A DNA stretch of 63,126 nucleotides, counting the filler, from Reticulomyxa filosa (lineage: Eukaryota > Protista > Foraminifera), in assembly GCA_000512085.1 (NCBI GenBank). It is 12 parts of 12 records of this genome, joined end to end, with 100 filler letters (N's around TTAATTAATTAA, not from the genome) between each part and the next. Parts side by side here need not be neighbours in the genome. Positions count along the whole stretch, not along the records: positions 62,015 to 63,126 come from ASPP01014620.1; 11 more parts are not named here. One strand, given 5' to 3'. This document shows, in pieces, positions 62,092 to 63,126 of the stretch; position 1 is the first letter of the stretch; every line of letters begins with the position of its first letter. Position numbers and translations under genes: made by a program. Below the pieces are notes generated by a model. That model did not search any database. It was not told the origin of the DNA and saw only the letters and a program-made list of their open reading frames with translations.

Positions 62092-63126
62092 CAACACAGG
62101 CGGTGTAAAATCTGGCCGTGGGTTCGTCGAAATACCTTCTGTGTCGTAAAATGGTGAATAACTCTCCACCTAAGCACGCGTCGAGCAAGAAATAAACTCG
62201 GAGTTTGTCTTTATAAGTGCAGTGCAAGTTGACTAAGAATAGGTTGTACATTTTCTCCATGACTCGCTTCTCCGAGATAATATGCGCTTGCTGTCCCAAT
62301 TCGACAATTTGCGCTTTTTTGATTGCTTTCAAGGCATACGATTTGCTTGTTTTGGGATCTTCGACCAACGACACATATCCGAATGCTCCTTTTCCTAACA
62401 AGCCAATCGTTACCAACTCCTTCAGTCCACACACCTTGTCTCGCTTCGATGCTATGTCTTCTTCTCCACTTGATTTGCTGGTCTGCTTTTCGCTTGATTC
62501 CGTTGTCTCTTTCGCTTTGGGCGATTGAGCTTCCTTTTGTTCTTTTTCAAAAGCCTCCGCCATTCGCTTGTATTGATTTATGCGCCCATCGATTATCTCA
62601 ACCACCGGGCCGAGCAATGCTTCAAAATCCTTGGCCGTCATTGCCAATAACAGCAGTTCAGCTATTCAATATTCAATTTCATTTCGAGTTTTAGGGTAAT
62701 ATATTTTTGCTTATATTTATACTTTTTTTGTTCGAATATGTACACACATGTATGAATGTGCCATTATATATACATATATATACATATATATGTATATACA
62801 TGTTTATGTATATATGTAAAAGTGTACACGTCATTGATACAAAGCAAAGTTGTACTCAACATGTTGCGGCGATTGTAGCGGCGCGTCTTTCTTTGGTGCG
62901 TAAAGCCCGTTCGCCAAAAAACATGCCTTCAGTTAGTTCGCCTTTTTCGCCATTGGATTTGCTCCACTGGCAAGTGCCTTTTTTGATTATATAAAATTTG
63001 TCACCTTCGTCTCCTTCTTTGATCACCGCTTCTCCATTTTTGCAGAACATTTCTTCCAGCGCGTCTGCGGTTAACAGTAACTCGTTATTCAGCAATGGTT
63101 CTTCCACATCGCATTAAACAAACCCC
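62092..63126 (-). CDS. cGMP-dependent protein kinase-like (last cNMP-binding domain plus kinase N-lobe); partial
   Basis: IKEGDEGDKFYIIKKG...FFGERAL...RAATI, then LGKGAFGYVSLV, YALKAIKKAQIVELGQQAHIISEK, VYFLLDACLGGELFTIL, FDEPTARFY. Confidence 0.92.

Overview
This is eukaryotic, AT-rich, intron-containing DNA, not a prokaryotic locus. It consists of 12 unlinked contig pieces joined by 11 artificial 100-nt spacers (N44-TTAATTAATTAA-N44), so gene neighbourhoods across spacers mean nothing. The gene repertoire and style (7TM-RGS, HSPA12-like, multi-CAP-Gly, poly-Asn tracts, decayed gene copies) suggest a rhizarian/foraminiferan such as Reticulomyxa; this is an inference. Recognisable genes are BBS2, a SYAP1-like BSD protein, an atypical annexin, 7TM-RGS, GGCT-like, a class I glutamine amidotransferase, mitochondrial GPD2, a GNS-like sulfatase, TYSND1/DEG15-like protease, NOL6/Utp22, an F-BAR fragment, a CTDSP/NIF phosphatase, VIT1, LanC-like, HSPA12-like and PKG. 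There are also dynein, PH and CAP-Gly pseudogene relics. Several intact-looking genes carry single-base indels in homopolymers, probably assembly errors. The strongest unexplained signal is a ~298-nt GC-rich element on the minus strand (55786-56083). It starts with a tRNA D-arm/A-box and ends with a perfect T-arm/B-box, but a ~230-nt multi-hairpin domain rich in G.U pairs replaces the anticodon loop. A deleted, decayed paralogue lies 2.7 kb away in a local duplication. Many introns also show an inverted architecture, with T-rich 5' ends and A-tracts directly before the 3' AG. All folds, alignments and splice models were done by eye and need computational confirmation.
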